NCBI RefSeq assembly: GCF_016127575.1 | Contig: NZ_CP066018.1 | Location: 570,001-602,000, forward strand | Direction: 5' to 3' | DNA length: 32,000 bases | From: Cupriavidus necator | GTDB lineage: Bacteria > Pseudomonadota > Gammaproteobacteria > Burkholderiales > Burkholderiaceae | In this document: positions 8,062-17,269 of the stretch, one piece after another | How positions within the stretch are numbered: the first letter of the stretch is position 1 | Layout: every line of letters begins with the position of its first letter | The notes under the pieces: model-generated | Database searches by the model: none | What the model saw: the letters and a program-made list of their open reading frames with translations, nothing else | Told to the model about the DNA's origin: nothing | Program-made: the position numbers and the translations under genes

Positions 8062-8988
8062 TCACCTCATCCGATAGACGCCATCTTCACTCACCTCAAC
8101 CCGCCCGTCAGCCAGCAGCTCCGCCAGATGCTGAGAAATCGTACGGGTCTCGGCGTTGACCACCCACAAGCCTTCATAGCCCGGCGGATACAGCAGCCGC
8201 AGGTCGACCAGCTGCGCCAGTGTCTTTGGCGATTCGCGCAGCATGGCCATCAGGCGCTGTTCGCGCTCGTCCAGCTTGGCCACATAGGCAGCGAGATCAC
8301 GCAGGAAGTGCTCGCGATCGGTGTAGACGCCCCGGTGATGGGACGTAACCCAAACCTTGGCCGGAATCTCGGGCAGCCGTGCCAGGCTGCGACGGAAGTC
8401 CGCCAGGCTGGACCCCGCGTCGCCATAGTAAGGCCCAAATCCAGTCAGGTCGATGTCGCCCGTGAAAGCCACTCCCTCCGGTTCAACAAGAAGAACGGTG
8501 TGGCCCGCGGTGTGCCCTGGAAGGTGGAAAGCGCGAATGCCGGCCTGCCCCAGACCCCAGCACGCGCCGTCGACGTAGCCTTGCGCATCAGGCCGCGGCG
8601 CATAAAAGAAATCGCGCTGGAACTTGAGCAGCGTCTCCGATGCATACTCCGCATTGCCGAAAGCGGCGACCATGCCGTCCCAGCTCCTTGCCGCTGGCAA
8701 ATCCCGTTCGTGCACATATACCGATGCATACGGAAGACGATGCAAACCGGCCATATGGTCCTCATGCACATGGCCCATCACCACCAGCTCGGTCGCGTCA
8801 AATTCGGGGCCGATGTAGTTCGCGACAAGCGGCGTGTCGAACGCCGCGCGAGTCTCCGAGCCTCGTATCAATACCTGACTTCCGTCGGGATACTTTCCGC
8901 TTTTCTCGCCGAAGAAGACCGAAACGCGCCCGAAATCCACGCGCTGGATGTTTCCCTGCATGTCGGAATTGCTAAAAGCTGTGCTCAT
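8062..8988 (-). CDS. MBL-fold metallo-hydrolase
   Basis: HxHxDH zinc motif in VVMGHVHEDHMAG, plus later His/Asp ligands (LPGHTAGH, TGDID, VTSHH). ATG 8988 lies 9 nt after a GGGAGG SD. The track start ATG 8997 abuts that SD and is less likely. Confidence 0.85.
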   Translation of the reverse strand: MSTAFSNSDMQGNIQRVDFGRVSVFFGEKSGKYPDGSQVLIRGSETRAAFDTPLVANYIGPEFDATELVVMGHVHEDHMAGLHRLPYASVYVHERDLPAARSWDGMVAAFGNAEYASETLLKFQRDFFYAPRPDAQGYVDGACWGLGQAGIRAFHLPGHTAGHTVLLVEPEGVAFTGDIDLTGFGPYYGDAGSSLADFRRSLARLPEIPAKVWVTSHHRGVYTDREHFLRDLAAYVAKLDEREQRLMAMLRESPKTLAQLVDLRLLYPPGYEGLWVVNAETRTISQHLAELLADGRVEVSEDGVYRMR

Positions 8989-9295
8989 GTCGATCATCCT
9001 CCCTGGCAGTCCGTTGCGATCTTCCCGCAGCCGAGGCGTTCCAGGAGCGGTCAGGCGCTACGCAACTCTGTTTTCAGTCTATTTATAATAACATCTGTCA
9101 TAAAAATAGAGTGCCTGCAAACACAGACCGTGTGATATTTTGGGATGGCCGTTTTAGAGCGTCAACCGACTTCCTCGCCCTGCAGGCTGCGCATCGTCAG
9201 GGCTAGTTGCAGTTCTTCGGTGACTATGGCGCGCTCGCCGACGCGGCTGCCTTCGCCCAGTGGCTTGCACCACCTCCTCCCGGTCTTCGTCGGGA

Positions 9296-10768
9296 TCAGT
9301 CCGTTGCTTTGAGCATATCTTCGACCACCTTCTTGGCGTCGCCGAACACCATCATGGTCTTGTCCATGTAGAACAGTTCGTTGTCCAGCCCGGCATAGCC
9401 GGCGGCCATCGAGCGCTTGTTGACGATGATGGTCTTGGCCTTGTACGCCTCCAGGATCGGCATGCCGGCGATCGGCGACTTGGGGTCGTTCTTGGCCGCC
9501 GGGTTGACCACGTCGTTGGCGCCCAGCACCAGCACCACGTCGGCCTGGCCGAACTCGCTGTTGATGTCTTCCATCTCGAAGACCTGGTCGTACGGCACCT
9601 CGGCCTCGGCCAGCAGCACGTTCATATGGCCCGGCATGCGGCCTGCCACCGGGTGGATCGCGTACTTCACGGTCACGCCCTTTTCGGCCAGCTTCTCGGT
9701 CAGTTCCTTGAGCGCGTGTTGGGCGCGCGCCACGGCCAGGCCATAGCCCGGCACGATGATGACCGTCTCCGCATTGCCCATCAGGAAGGCAGCGTCATCG
9801 GCCGAGCCCGATTTCACATTGCGCTGCGCCTGCCCTGCCGGGCCGCTCGCGGCCGCGGCGTCGCCGCCGAAGCCGCCCAGGATCACGTTGAAGAACGAGC
9901 GGTTCATCGCCTTGCACATGATGTACGAGAGGATGGCACCGCTTGCCCCCACCAGCGAGCCGGCGATGATCAGCATCGGGTTGTTCAGCGAGAAGCCGAT
10001 GCCCGCTGCTGCCCAGCCCGAATATGAGTTCAGCATCGACACCACCACCGGCATGTCGGCGCCGCCGATCGGGATGATGATCAGCACGCCCAGCACGAAG
10101 GCGAGCGCCAGCATGACCAGGAACGGCATCCACGCCTGCGTCAGGAAGAATGCAATGCCGAAGCCTACCATCGCCACCGCCAGCAGCAGGTTCAGCCAGT
10201 GCTGGCCGGCAAACACCACCGGCGCGCCCTGGAACAGCCGGAACTTGTAGCGCCCGGCCAGCTTGCCGAAGGCGATCACCGAGCCCGAGAAAGTGATGGC
10301 GCCGACGAAGCAGCCAATGAAGAGCTCGATGCGGTTGCCCAGCGGAATGTCGTGCGAACCGGCAGCCGTGATGCCGAAGGCAGCGGGCTCCGCCACTGCC
10401 GCCACCGAGATAAACACCGCGGCCAGGCCGATCAGCGAGTGCATCGCCGCCACCAGTTCCGGCATCTTGGTCATCTGCACCTTCTTCGCCACATAGGCAC
10501 CGATACCGCCGCCCACCACCAGCGCGGCCAGGATCAGCGCCAGGCCGGTGCCCGGCGCGGACGGGTCCGCCCCGCCGGAGAACAACCCACTCTTCAGCTT
10601 GAAGATCAGCGCCACCGTGGTAAGCGCCGCGACCACCATCCCGGCCATGCCGAAGACATTGCCGCGCCGCGCCGTGGTCGGGTGTGACAGCCCCTTGAGC
10701 GCCTGGATAAAGCACACAGACGCGCCCAGGTAGGACAGCGTCACCATATTCATCGACAGGCCATTCAT
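9296..10768 (-). CDS. pntB: NAD(P) transhydrogenase subunit beta
   Basis: 490 aa. [29 protein letters not shown]..., a multi-TM N-terminal half and a C-terminal NADP(H) domain (...[16 protein letters not shown]...[14 protein letters not shown]...[12 protein letters not shown]...). Its start overlaps the pntAB stop (ATGA). Confidence 0.95.
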   Translation of the reverse strand: MNGLSMNMVTLSYLGASVCFIQALKGLSHPTTARRGNVFGMAGMVVAALTTVALIFKLKSGLFSGGADPSAPGTGLALILAALVVGGGIGAYVAKKVQMTKMPELVAAMHSLIGLAAVFISVAAVAEPAAFGITAAGSHDIPLGNRIELFIGCFVGAITFSGSVIAFGKLAGRYKFRLFQGAPVVFAGQHWLNLLLAVAMVGFGIAFFLTQAWMPFLVMLALAFVLGVLIIIPIGGADMPVVVSMLNSYSGWAAAGIGFSLNNPMLIIAGSLVGASGAILSYIMCKAMNRSFFNVILGGFGGDAAAASGPAGQAQRNVKSGSADDAAFLMGNAETVIIVPGYGLAVARAQHALKELTEKLAEKGVTVKYAIHPVAGRMPGHMNVLLAEAEVPYDQVFEMEDINSEFGQADVVLVLGANDVVNPAAKNDPKSPIAGMPILEAYKAKTIIVNKRSMAAGYAGLDNELFYMDKTMMVFGDAKKVVEDMLKATD

Positions 10769-11115
10769 TGCGCTACCTCCGCCAGTTTTCCGCCGGGCTG
10801 CCCCTTGGCTTCGGGCTGCGCCTTGGGTGCCTTCTTCCTGAACATCTCCAGCATGCGCTGCGTGACCAGGAAGCCGCCGAACACATTGACCGCTGCCAGC
10901 GCCACCGCCAGCGTGCCCATTGCGCGGCCAACGTAGCCCTCGGTCAGGCCGGCGGCCAGCATGGCGCCGACGATGATGATGGCCGAGATTGCGTTGGTCA
11001 CCGCCATCAGCGGCGTGTGCAGCGCGGGCGTGACCGTCCAGACCACGTGGTAGCCCACGTAGATCGCCAGTACAAAGATGATCAGGTTGATCACCGTGTG
11101 GCTAACCATTTCCAT
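10765..11115 (-). CDS. pntAB: NAD(P) transhydrogenase subunit alpha, part 2 (membrane segment)
   Basis: 116 aa and very hydrophobic ([45 protein letters not shown]...). It sits between pntAA and pntB, the three-gene split arrangement known from Rhodospirillum and many proteobacteria. Confidence 0.9.
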   Translation of the reverse strand: MEMVSHTVINLIIFVLAIYVGYHVVWTVTPALHTPLMAVTNAISAIIIVGAMLAAGLTEGYVGRAMGTLAVALAAVNVFGGFLVTQRMLEMFRKKAPKAQPEAKGQPGGKLAEVAQ

Positions 11116-11137
11116 CGATATCTCCTTGATTGCCGGA

Positions 11138-12256
11138 TCAGCTGGCCAGCGCCAGTTCTTCGCGCCGTGTCATCAGGCAGGCCGCGACCATGTCGTCGTC
11201 GGTGTTGATCACGAGCTTGCCGTCCTTGTCGATCAGCAGCTTGAGAAAGTCGAGCACGTTGCGCGCGTACAGCGCCGAGGCGTCCGCCGCGACCATGCCG
11301 GCCAGGTTGGTGTGTCCGATCAGCACGACGCCGTGGCGCTCGACCACTTCGTCGGCCACCGTCAGCGGGCAGTTGCCGCCCTGTGCCGCGGCCAGGTCCA
11401 CCACCACCGAGCCGGGTTTCATCTGCGCCACAGTGGCTTCCTGCAGCAGCACCGGCGCCTTGCGGCCCGGGATCAGCGCGGTGGTGATGACGATATCGGC
11501 CTGGATCGCGCGCTGGTGGACCAGTTCGGCCTGGCGCTTCATCCAGTCGGGCGGCATCGGGCGGGCATAGCCGCCCACGCCCTGTGCGATCTCGCGCTCT
11601 TCGTCGGTGAGGAAGGGCACGTCGAGGAACTTGCCGCCGAGCGATTCGATCTGCTCCTTGACCGCGGGGCGCACGTCGGAGGCCTCGATCACCGCGCCCA
11701 GGCGCTTGGCCGTGGCGATGGCCTGCAGGCCCGCCACGCCCGCGCCCAGGATCAGCACGCGCGCCGCCTTGACGGTGCCGGCGGCGGTCATCAGCATCGG
11801 CATGAAGCGCTGGTAGTGGTGCGCCGCCACCAGCACGGCCTTGTAGCCGGCGATATTGGCCTGCGACGACAGCACGTCCATGCTCTGCGCGCGCGTGGTG
11901 CGCGGCGCGGCTTCGAGGGCAAAGGCGGTGATGTTCGCGGCGGACATGCGCGCGTTGTTCTCGGCATCGAAGGGATTGAGCATGCCGACCAGCACGGCGC
12001 CCGGTTTCATCTGCGCCAGTTCGGCGGCGTCCGGTGCGCGCACCTTGAGCACCAGCTGGGCGCCCAGAGCTTCGGCGGCGGTGCCGATGGTGGCGCCGAC
12101 CGCCTCATACGCGCTGTCGGGCTGGCTGGCGCTTACGCCGGCGCCGGCCTGCACGACCACCTTGTGGCCCTGCGCGACGTACTTCTTGACTGTCTCCGGG
12201 GTGGCGGCGACGCGAGTCTCGCCTCGCAGTGTTTCCAGCGGAATACCAATTTGCAT
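11138..12256 (-). CDS. pntAA: NAD(P) transhydrogenase subunit alpha, part 1 (dI, NAD(H)-binding)
   Basis: The true start is the internal ATG at 12256 ([26 protein letters not shown]...). Alanine-dehydrogenase/PNT fold with [22 protein letters not shown]. The 26-codon upstream extension in track ORF 11138..12334 has no homology-like features. Confidence 0.95.
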   Translation of the reverse strand: MQIGIPLETLRGETRVAATPETVKKYVAQGHKVVVQAGAGVSASQPDSAYEAVGATIGTAAEALGAQLVLKVRAPDAAELAQMKPGAVLVGMLNPFDAENNARMSAANITAFALEAAPRTTRAQSMDVLSSQANIAGYKAVLVAAHHYQRFMPMLMTAAGTVKAARVLILGAGVAGLQAIATAKRLGAVIEASDVRPAVKEQIESLGGKFLDVPFLTDEEREIAQGVGGYARPMPPDWMKRQAELVHQRAIQADIVITTALIPGRKAPVLLQEATVAQMKPGSVVVDLAAAQGGNCPLTVADEVVERHGVVLIGHTNLAGMVAADASALYARNVLDFLKLLIDKDGKLVINTDDDMVAACLMTRREELALAS

Positions 12257-12365
12257 ATCGATAGATCCCCTTGCACCGGAAGCCCGCCAGATGGCCGAAC
12301 TCCAGGTCGTTTCATTAGCAGGACAAAACACCAATCAGTTAATGATGACTCCGCGGCGCCCGACG

Positions 12366-13142
12366 TCAGGCGAGCGTCAGGCCGCCGTCGACGAGAAGGG
12401 TCTCGCCAACCATATAGGAGGCCAGGGGAGAGGCCAGGAAGATGGCTGCCCCGGCTATCTCGTGCGGCAAGCCCATGCGGCCGATGGGCACGCGCGACAG
12501 CGTTGCATCGAGCCGAGCCGGCGACGCCGTGGTCACCTTGGTCAGTTTTGTGTCCACCAGGCCAGGGGCGATGCCGTTGACGCGAATACCTTCGGCTGCC
12601 CACGCTTCACCCAGCGTACGGGTCAAGCCCACCACGCCGGACTTGGATGCGGCGTAAGCCGGGTTTCCCCGCACGGACCGGAAGCCCGCGATCGAGCTCA
12701 GCGTAATCAGCGAACCCCGGCTCTCATGGAGCATCGGCCGGAACTTGACCGCGCAGGCCATCACGCTGGACAGATTGACGTGCAGCACCTGGTCAAAGGT
12801 GACCATCTCGAACTCGGCACGCTTGTACTGGATCGTACCTTGCGCCAGCACCAGCACGTCCAGGCGTTCGAAGGCGGGCCGCACGGCGTTGACGGCCGCC
12901 TGGTCGGAAACATCCACTTGCGCGTAGTGCAGGCCAGAAAGATCTGAACCTTCGTCGAAGCGATAGTCGGACGCCCGGGCACGCGTGCCCCAGGCGTGAA
13001 CCTCTGCACCGAGTTGCCGGAATGCCTGCGCGATGCCATTGCCTATGCCGCTGGAGCCCCCCACAACCAACACGGTCTTGCCGGTGAAATCGAGGGACTC
13101 GGCAAACCGGGGCTGAGCGAGGGGAGAGTTGGAATTCGTCAT
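12366..13142 (-). CDS. SDR-family oxidoreductase
   Basis: Internal ATG 13142 (MTNSNSPLAQ...). TGKTVLVVGGSSGIGNGIA cofactor motif and YAASKSG (YxxxK) catalytic motif. 258 aa. No convincing SD, so the start is moderately uncertain. Confidence 0.85.
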   Translation of the reverse strand: MTNSNSPLAQPRFAESLDFTGKTVLVVGGSSGIGNGIAQAFRQLGAEVHAWGTRARASDYRFDEGSDLSGLHYAQVDVSDQAAVNAVRPAFERLDVLVLAQGTIQYKRAEFEMVTFDQVLHVNLSSVMACAVKFRPMLHESRGSLITLSSIAGFRSVRGNPAYAASKSGVVGLTRTLGEAWAAEGIRVNGIAPGLVDTKLTKVTTASPARLDATLSRVPIGRMGLPHEIAGAAIFLASPLASYMVGETLLVDGGLTLA

Positions 13143-13298
13143 GATTGGGCGATGTAGAGAAATGGTGTCAGTACCGGAGTCAACGCAGGACGTCCCAGGC
13201 GCAGTAGCGTTCCCCGCTTCTGGCATAGAACAGGAATTCGTGATCGCGCTGGTCCGGTTGACCCGACGAAGCCGCGGCTGCGGCCCCATGGATGCTGG

Positions 13299-14375
13299 TC
13301 ATCGCGCCTGCTTCTGCAGGTATTTCCAGGCCATCGCGGCCATGGGTCGGGCGAGCTTTCCCGTTTCGAGCGCCTGCGCCGATGACGCCGTGCCATCCAC
13401 CACCCGCTTCATGATCCCCTGCAGGATGCCTGCGGTTCGGAACATGCTGAACGCGAGATAGAAGTTCCAGTTCCCGCCGATCCTGCGCCCGGTGCGCTGC
13501 TCATACGCGCGGCGGTAAAGCGCTTCGTCCGGGATACCCAGGTTGGCCCGGTCGACACCTCCCATGCCTCGCAGCGGGCCCGGTGAAATGTGCCAGCTCA
13601 TGCAGTGATAACTGAAATCGGCCATCGGATGACCCAGCGTCGACAGCTCCCAGTCGAGCAGCGAGAGTACGCGGGGCTCGGTCGGATGGAACATGAGGTT
13701 GTCGAGCCGGTAGTCCCCGTGCACGATGCAGACCTGCTCCTCCGCTTCCTCCGGGATTCGGTCGGGCAGCGATGCAATCAGCGCATCCATCGCCGGGATC
13801 GATTCGGTTTCGGACAGCCTGTACTGCCTGCTCCATCGTTCGATCTGGCGAAAGAAATAATTGCCGGGCTTACCGTAGTCCGCAAGGCCGATGGCCTTGT
13901 AGTCCACGCGATGCAACGCCGCGATCACGCGATTCATCTCGTCATAGATCGCCGTACGTTCGCTGTTGCTCATGCCAGGCAGCGCGGGATCCCATAGCAC
14001 GCGGCCATTGACGAATTCCATGATGTAGAAGGCACGACCGATGACGGCTTCGTCCTCGCACAGGGCATACATCCTGGCCACAGGCACTTCGGTGTCGGCA
14101 AGCGCCGCCGTCACACGAAACTCGCGCTCGATCGCATGCGCCGACGGCAGCAGCTTTGCCTTCGGCGCGGGCTTGGCGCGCATCACGTAAGCCTGGCGCG
14201 GCGTGACGAGCTTGTACGTTGGATTGGACTGGCCGCCGCTGAACCGCTCAACGGTCAGCGGGCCGGCAAAGCCTTCCACATGGCGCGCCATCCAGGCTTC
14301 GAGTCCGCCCAGGTCAAAACCCAGTGTCTCCTGTGCCGGCCGCGTGCCGGCGAACGCTGAAGAAGCATTGCTCAT
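13299..14375 (-). CDS. Phosphotransferase (APH/choline-kinase fold) family protein, ACAD10/11-N-terminal/LvaA-like
   Basis: Internal ATG 14375 (MSNASSAFAG...). ...ERFSGGQSNPTYKL... nucleotide-binding lysine region and Brenner motif IVHGDYRLDNLMF, followed by LLDWELSTLGHP. 358 aa. Confidence 0.85.
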   Translation of the reverse strand: MSNASSAFAGTRPAQETLGFDLGGLEAWMARHVEGFAGPLTVERFSGGQSNPTYKLVTPRQAYVMRAKPAPKAKLLPSAHAIEREFRVTAALADTEVPVARMYALCEDEAVIGRAFYIMEFVNGRVLWDPALPGMSNSERTAIYDEMNRVIAALHRVDYKAIGLADYGKPGNYFFRQIERWSRQYRLSETESIPAMDALIASLPDRIPEEAEEQVCIVHGDYRLDNLMFHPTEPRVLSLLDWELSTLGHPMADFSYHCMSWHISPGPLRGMGGVDRANLGIPDEALYRRAYEQRTGRRIGGNWNFYLAFSMFRTAGILQGIMKRVVDGTASSAQALETGKLARPMAAMAWKYLQKQAR

Positions 14376-14388
14376 CCGGTCGCCCCGT

Positions 14389-15060
14389 TCATCGAAGCGC
14401 CGGCACGGGAGCCAGCGACCCCGCATCCTTTTCCGCGCGATCCAGCGCGCAGTACGCGTAGTACAGCTCCACACACATGAACGACCAAGTCAGGCAAGCG
14501 AGCGAAAAGAAGATCAGGTGTTGCTCGTCGTCGCCGGGGATCGTATGGAAATCATAGATGCAGGCAATGGCTTGCGCGGTCAGCAGGACCATGAACACGC
14601 CAAATGCGTGCCAGCCTTCCCCGGCGCTGAGCAGCTTCCAGGCAAACCAGGCCAGGTATACCGAAAATACCGACCACATCACCACATAGAAATACGGCCT
14701 CGGCTGCGCCAGCGCGTCGATCGACAACAGCACGATCGTCCCTGCGATCGCTCCCGCGAAGAACACGACATCCATCAGGATGGACGGCTTGTAGCGATGC
14801 GTAACGGACATCAGCCCGGCCAAGGCAACCACCGGGATGCCGAAGCCCCGGGAGAACGCATCGCAAAAGTACGAGATGCCATACGAAAACTGCACGCCAC
14901 CCAAGGCGAAAAGCAGGAAATTCGACGCGGAGAAGGTCACGATCAGCCATTCGAAGCCGAGCAGGTAGTTGCGCTGCCTGAGGAACTTCAGGCCGTGGAT
15001 CAATGACGTCATCACGAGGACGAACATCGCAAAACAGAGAAGATAGAGATTGCGGTCCAT
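14389..15060 (-). CDS. Integral membrane protein of unknown function (about 7 predicted TM segments)
   Basis: ATG 15060 follows GGGAG by 6 nt. 223 aa with seven hydrophobic stretches of 20-25 residues read by eye. I recognise no family motif. It lies 37 nt after the cytochrome c stop and 13 nt before the kinase start. Confidence 0.7.
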   Translation of the reverse strand: MDRNLYLLCFAMFVLVMTSLIHGLKFLRQRNYLLGFEWLIVTFSASNFLLFALGGVQFSYGISYFCDAFSRGFGIPVVALAGLMSVTHRYKPSILMDVVFFAGAIAGTIVLLSIDALAQPRPYFYVVMWSVFSVYLAWFAWKLLSAGEGWHAFGVFMVLLTAQAIACIYDFHTIPGDDEQHLIFFSLACLTWSFMCVELYYAYCALDRAEKDAGSLAPVPALR

Positions 15061-15097
15061 CACGACTCCCAAGGCTCGATTTGCAGGATTGGATTGT

Positions 15098-15757
15098 TCA
15101 CGGCTTTCGCGGCGCCAGACTGGCGAGGTAGGTGGCCATCGCCTTGCGGTCCTCCGGCGACGCCGCCGCGGCCACGCTTTTCATCATCCCGGTCGGTTCG
15201 CCGCGCGTGCCGGTGGCAAACGCATCAAACTGCGCCAGCAGATACTCGTAGCCCTGGCCCGCGAGGCGCGGGAACTGGTCGTGCCCCATCAGCTGGCTGC
15301 CATGGCACGCGGCGCAGTTTCCCGAGGCCACCAGCCGCTTGCCCTTCTCCAGCAATCCCGCATCGGGCGTGAAGTAACGGTTGGCGCCGGCCGGCTGCCT
15401 GGCGAAGTGGCCGGCAAGATCGTTGATCTCTGCCTCACTCATCGTCTTGGCCAACGGGCCCATGATCGGATTGGACCGCTCCCCGCTGGCGAACTTGCGA
15501 AGCTGGGCCGCCACGTACGGTGCCGGCTGGCCCGCGAGGCTCGGATAGCCCTGGTGCAGCGAATTGCCCTTGGCACCGTGGCAGCCGATGCAGGCGTCGG
15601 TCACGCGTGGCCACGGGCTGCCGTCGGCGTTATAAGCGGCAGCCGACGCCGTGATATAGCGGTCGAGGCGATAGATCCCCAGGAGGTCGTGGCCGAACCA
15701 GGCGAGCAGCCCGGCGGCAGCGATAGCGGGAACGCCCAGCCATATGCGCTTCTTCAT
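15098..15757 (-). CDS. Dihaem c-type cytochrome (cytochrome c4-like) with N-terminal signal/anchor
   Basis: ATG 15757 follows an AGGAGA SD by 5 nt. Hydrophobic N-terminus MKKRIWLGVPAIAAAGLLAW. Two CxxCH motifs (CIGCH at residues 56-60, CAACH at residues 148-152), each followed by a P-x-LAGQ motif and Met-containing stretches (PIMGP, GMMKS) as in class I/c4 cytochromes. Confidence 0.9.
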   Translation of the reverse strand: MKKRIWLGVPAIAAAGLLAWFGHDLLGIYRLDRYITASAAAYNADGSPWPRVTDACIGCHGAKGNSLHQGYPSLAGQPAPYVAAQLRKFASGERSNPIMGPLAKTMSEAEINDLAGHFARQPAGANRYFTPDAGLLEKGKRLVASGNCAACHGSQLMGHDQFPRLAGQGYEYLLAQFDAFATGTRGEPTGMMKSVAAAASPEDRKAMATYLASLAPRKP

Positions 15758-15766
15758 TTCCGTCTC

Positions 15767-17245
15767 CTAGGCGCGACGCAAGGCATTGAGAACCTGGAGG
15801 GCGGCCTGATGGCCAGAGCGCACGGCGCCATCCATGTAGCCGGCCCAGATCTCGGCCGTCTCGGTGCCCGACCAGATAAGCCTGCCGCAGGGCGGCCGCA
15901 ATGCCTCGCCGTGGGTGCTCCAGAAGCCCGGCGGAATCGCGGAGACACAGGTGATCGTCCAGGGATCGGCACGGCCCCAGTCGTGATCGTGGTATGACAC
16001 CGGCGCCAAGGCTTCGCTGCCGAAGGCCTGCGCATAGATCTCTGACAGGAACCTCTGCGCCGCCTTGTGATCCGAGGGAACCGACGCATTCGAGATGAAG
16101 GCATTGATAACGCCGAGCTCGCCCCCCGGCGGCGAGTTGTCGAAGGCCCACAGAATGGGCCCGTCGACCTGGAAGATGTGTCCGTTCAGTCCCTTGTCGC
16201 GCCAGAACGGACGGGAATAGACCATCGCCGTCTTCCGCGCCGGCGAATGGGCGGGCCAGGCGCGCTGCAGCGCTGCACGCTTCTGCGGCAGCGGCGGATC
16301 GAACTGCAACTGCTGGCACAAGGGTGGACTCAGTGCCATGATGACCTGGCGCGCGCGCACTTCGCCCTGGTCCGTGTGCAGCGTGACGACCTCGCGGTCC
16401 CAGTTCGAGATCCGCCGGACGGGGCTCGACAGGCGCACCCTCTTCCCCAATGCCTGCGCCATCCTGACGCAGAGGATCTGCGAACCACCGGCAAATCGCG
16501 TTTCCTGGGCGCTGTGCTTGATGCTGTCCAGCTGCATATAGTCGCAGGCGGCCGAGTTGATCATTGACAGGAAATGGAGCATCCCCATTTTTGCCGGCAT
16601 CACGCCACCGGAAAGCGCGATGCTCGCATTCCACCCCGTTCGGTCCTCGGGCTTGATGTTCTGCTTCGCCAGCCAGTCGCCGACCGACAGTTTGTCCAGT
16701 TCCACGACCTTCGGTGATTTCCACGGCGCGCCCGACGGCACGTCGCGCGAAAGCACGCTGAGCCTGCCACCGATCGCCTCGTCGCTGCCGAATGTGCCCT
16801 TCAGGTCGACCTCCAGACGACCGTCACCGCCGAGGATGACCGTGTTCCCCTTGTAGTAGCTGGGAAACGTGCCCACATCGAGTTCGCGCGCCAGATCGGC
16901 CACCGCCGTCTGGCCGGGGCCGATCCACTGTCCCCCGACTTCGGACACCTGTCCCGAACCCACATCGTAGTTAAGCGTCCGCCCGCCCACGCGATTGCGC
17001 GCTTCCAGCACGACAAAGGACTCGCAGCCTGCCTGGCGCAGGTCCCTCGCGGCGGTCAGGCCCGCCAGGCCCGCGCCGATGATGGCGACGTCGAGGACGT
17101 CTTCGGGCGTGCCGGCTTTGGCCGCCGCCTTGGCCGGCCCCGGGCTCAAGCCGATGGTTCCTGCCGCCGTGGAGGCGCCGGCCATTTTCAGCAATTGCCT
17201 TCGCTGCGTGTTGATTGAAGTGTCCGAGGACGAAATCTTGCCCAT
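15767..17245 (-). CDS. Tat-exported flavin-containing amine oxidase family protein (MAO/putrescine-oxidase-like)
   Basis: 492 aa. After the signal region comes DVAIIGAGLAGLTAARDL...VLEARNRVGGRT...VGGQWIGPGQT, resembling the MAO/putrescine-oxidase clade. The stop is 9 nt upstream of the cytochrome c ATG. Confidence 0.9.
   Translation of the reverse strand: MGKISSSDTSINTQRRQLLKMAGASTAAGTIGLSPGPAKAAAKAGTPEDVLDVAIIGAGLAGLTAARDLRQAGCESFVVLEARNRVGGRTLNYDVGSGQVSEVGGQWIGPGQTAVADLARELDVGTFPSYYKGNTVILGGDGRLEVDLKGTFGSDEAIGGRLSVLSRDVPSGAPWKSPKVVELDKLSVGDWLAKQNIKPEDRTGWNASIALSGGVMPAKMGMLHFLSMINSAACDYMQLDSIKHSAQETRFAGGSQILCVRMAQALGKRVRLSSPVRRISNWDREVVTLHTDQGEVRARQVIMALSPPLCQQLQFDPPLPQKRAALQRAWPAHSPARKTAMVYSRPFWRDKGLNGHIFQVDGPILWAFDNSPPGGELGVINAFISNASVPSDHKAAQRFLSEIYAQAFGSEALAPVSYHDHDWGRADPWTITCVSAIPPGFWSTHGEALRPPCGRLIWSGTETAEIWAGYMDGAVRSGHQAALQVLNALRRA
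17126..17245 (-). other. Twin-arginine (Tat) signal peptide coding region of the amine oxidase
   Basis: MGKISSSDTSINTQRRQLLKMAGASTAAGTIGLSPGPAKA/AAKA. The T-Q-R-R-Q-L-L-K stretch matches the (S/T)-R-R-x-F-L-K pattern and is followed by a mildly hydrophobic h-region and AxA sites. This depends on the 17245 start being used rather than Met21. Confidence 0.7.
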
Positions 17246-17269
17246 AGTGCTTCGCTGTTTCCTGTCATC

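Noticed and set aside
9078-9110. TCTATTT-N19-AAATAGA inverted repeat in the AT-rich region upstream of the MBL hydrolase gene.
   Set aside because: A 7-bp arm of A/T-only-rich sequence with a long spacer is easily produced by chance in an AT-rich promoter patch. It is worth noting only as part of the likely MBL promoter region.
9162-9295. Minus-strand reading frame just downstream of pntB with gene-like codon bias (...GEGSRVGERAIVTEELQLALTMRSLQGEEVG*), and a GGGAGGAGG-GTG in another frame giving a 41-aa Arg-rich peptide.
   Set aside because: The well-biased frame has no start codon outside pntB, and the frame with an SD encodes a low-complexity peptide. It is possibly a decayed gene remnant, but there is too little to call a pseudogene without a database search.
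11078-12580. Very long ORFs antisense to well-supported genes. Examples: 11078..12580 (+, 500 aa), 26559..28082 (+, 507 aa), 17651..19111 (+, 486 aa), 20401..21486 (+), 21432..22568 (+), 24541..25512 (+), 30245..31438 (+), 15050..15997 (+), 9260..10027 (+), 7846..9135 (+), 6641..7888 (-), 3354..4451 (-), 15630..16724 (-).
   Set aside because: Their translations are low-complexity Arg/His/Gly/Asp/Pro-rich strings with no family motifs. Each lies opposite, or out of frame within, a gene with clear family signatures. Stop-codon-poor shadow frames are expected in high-GC DNA.
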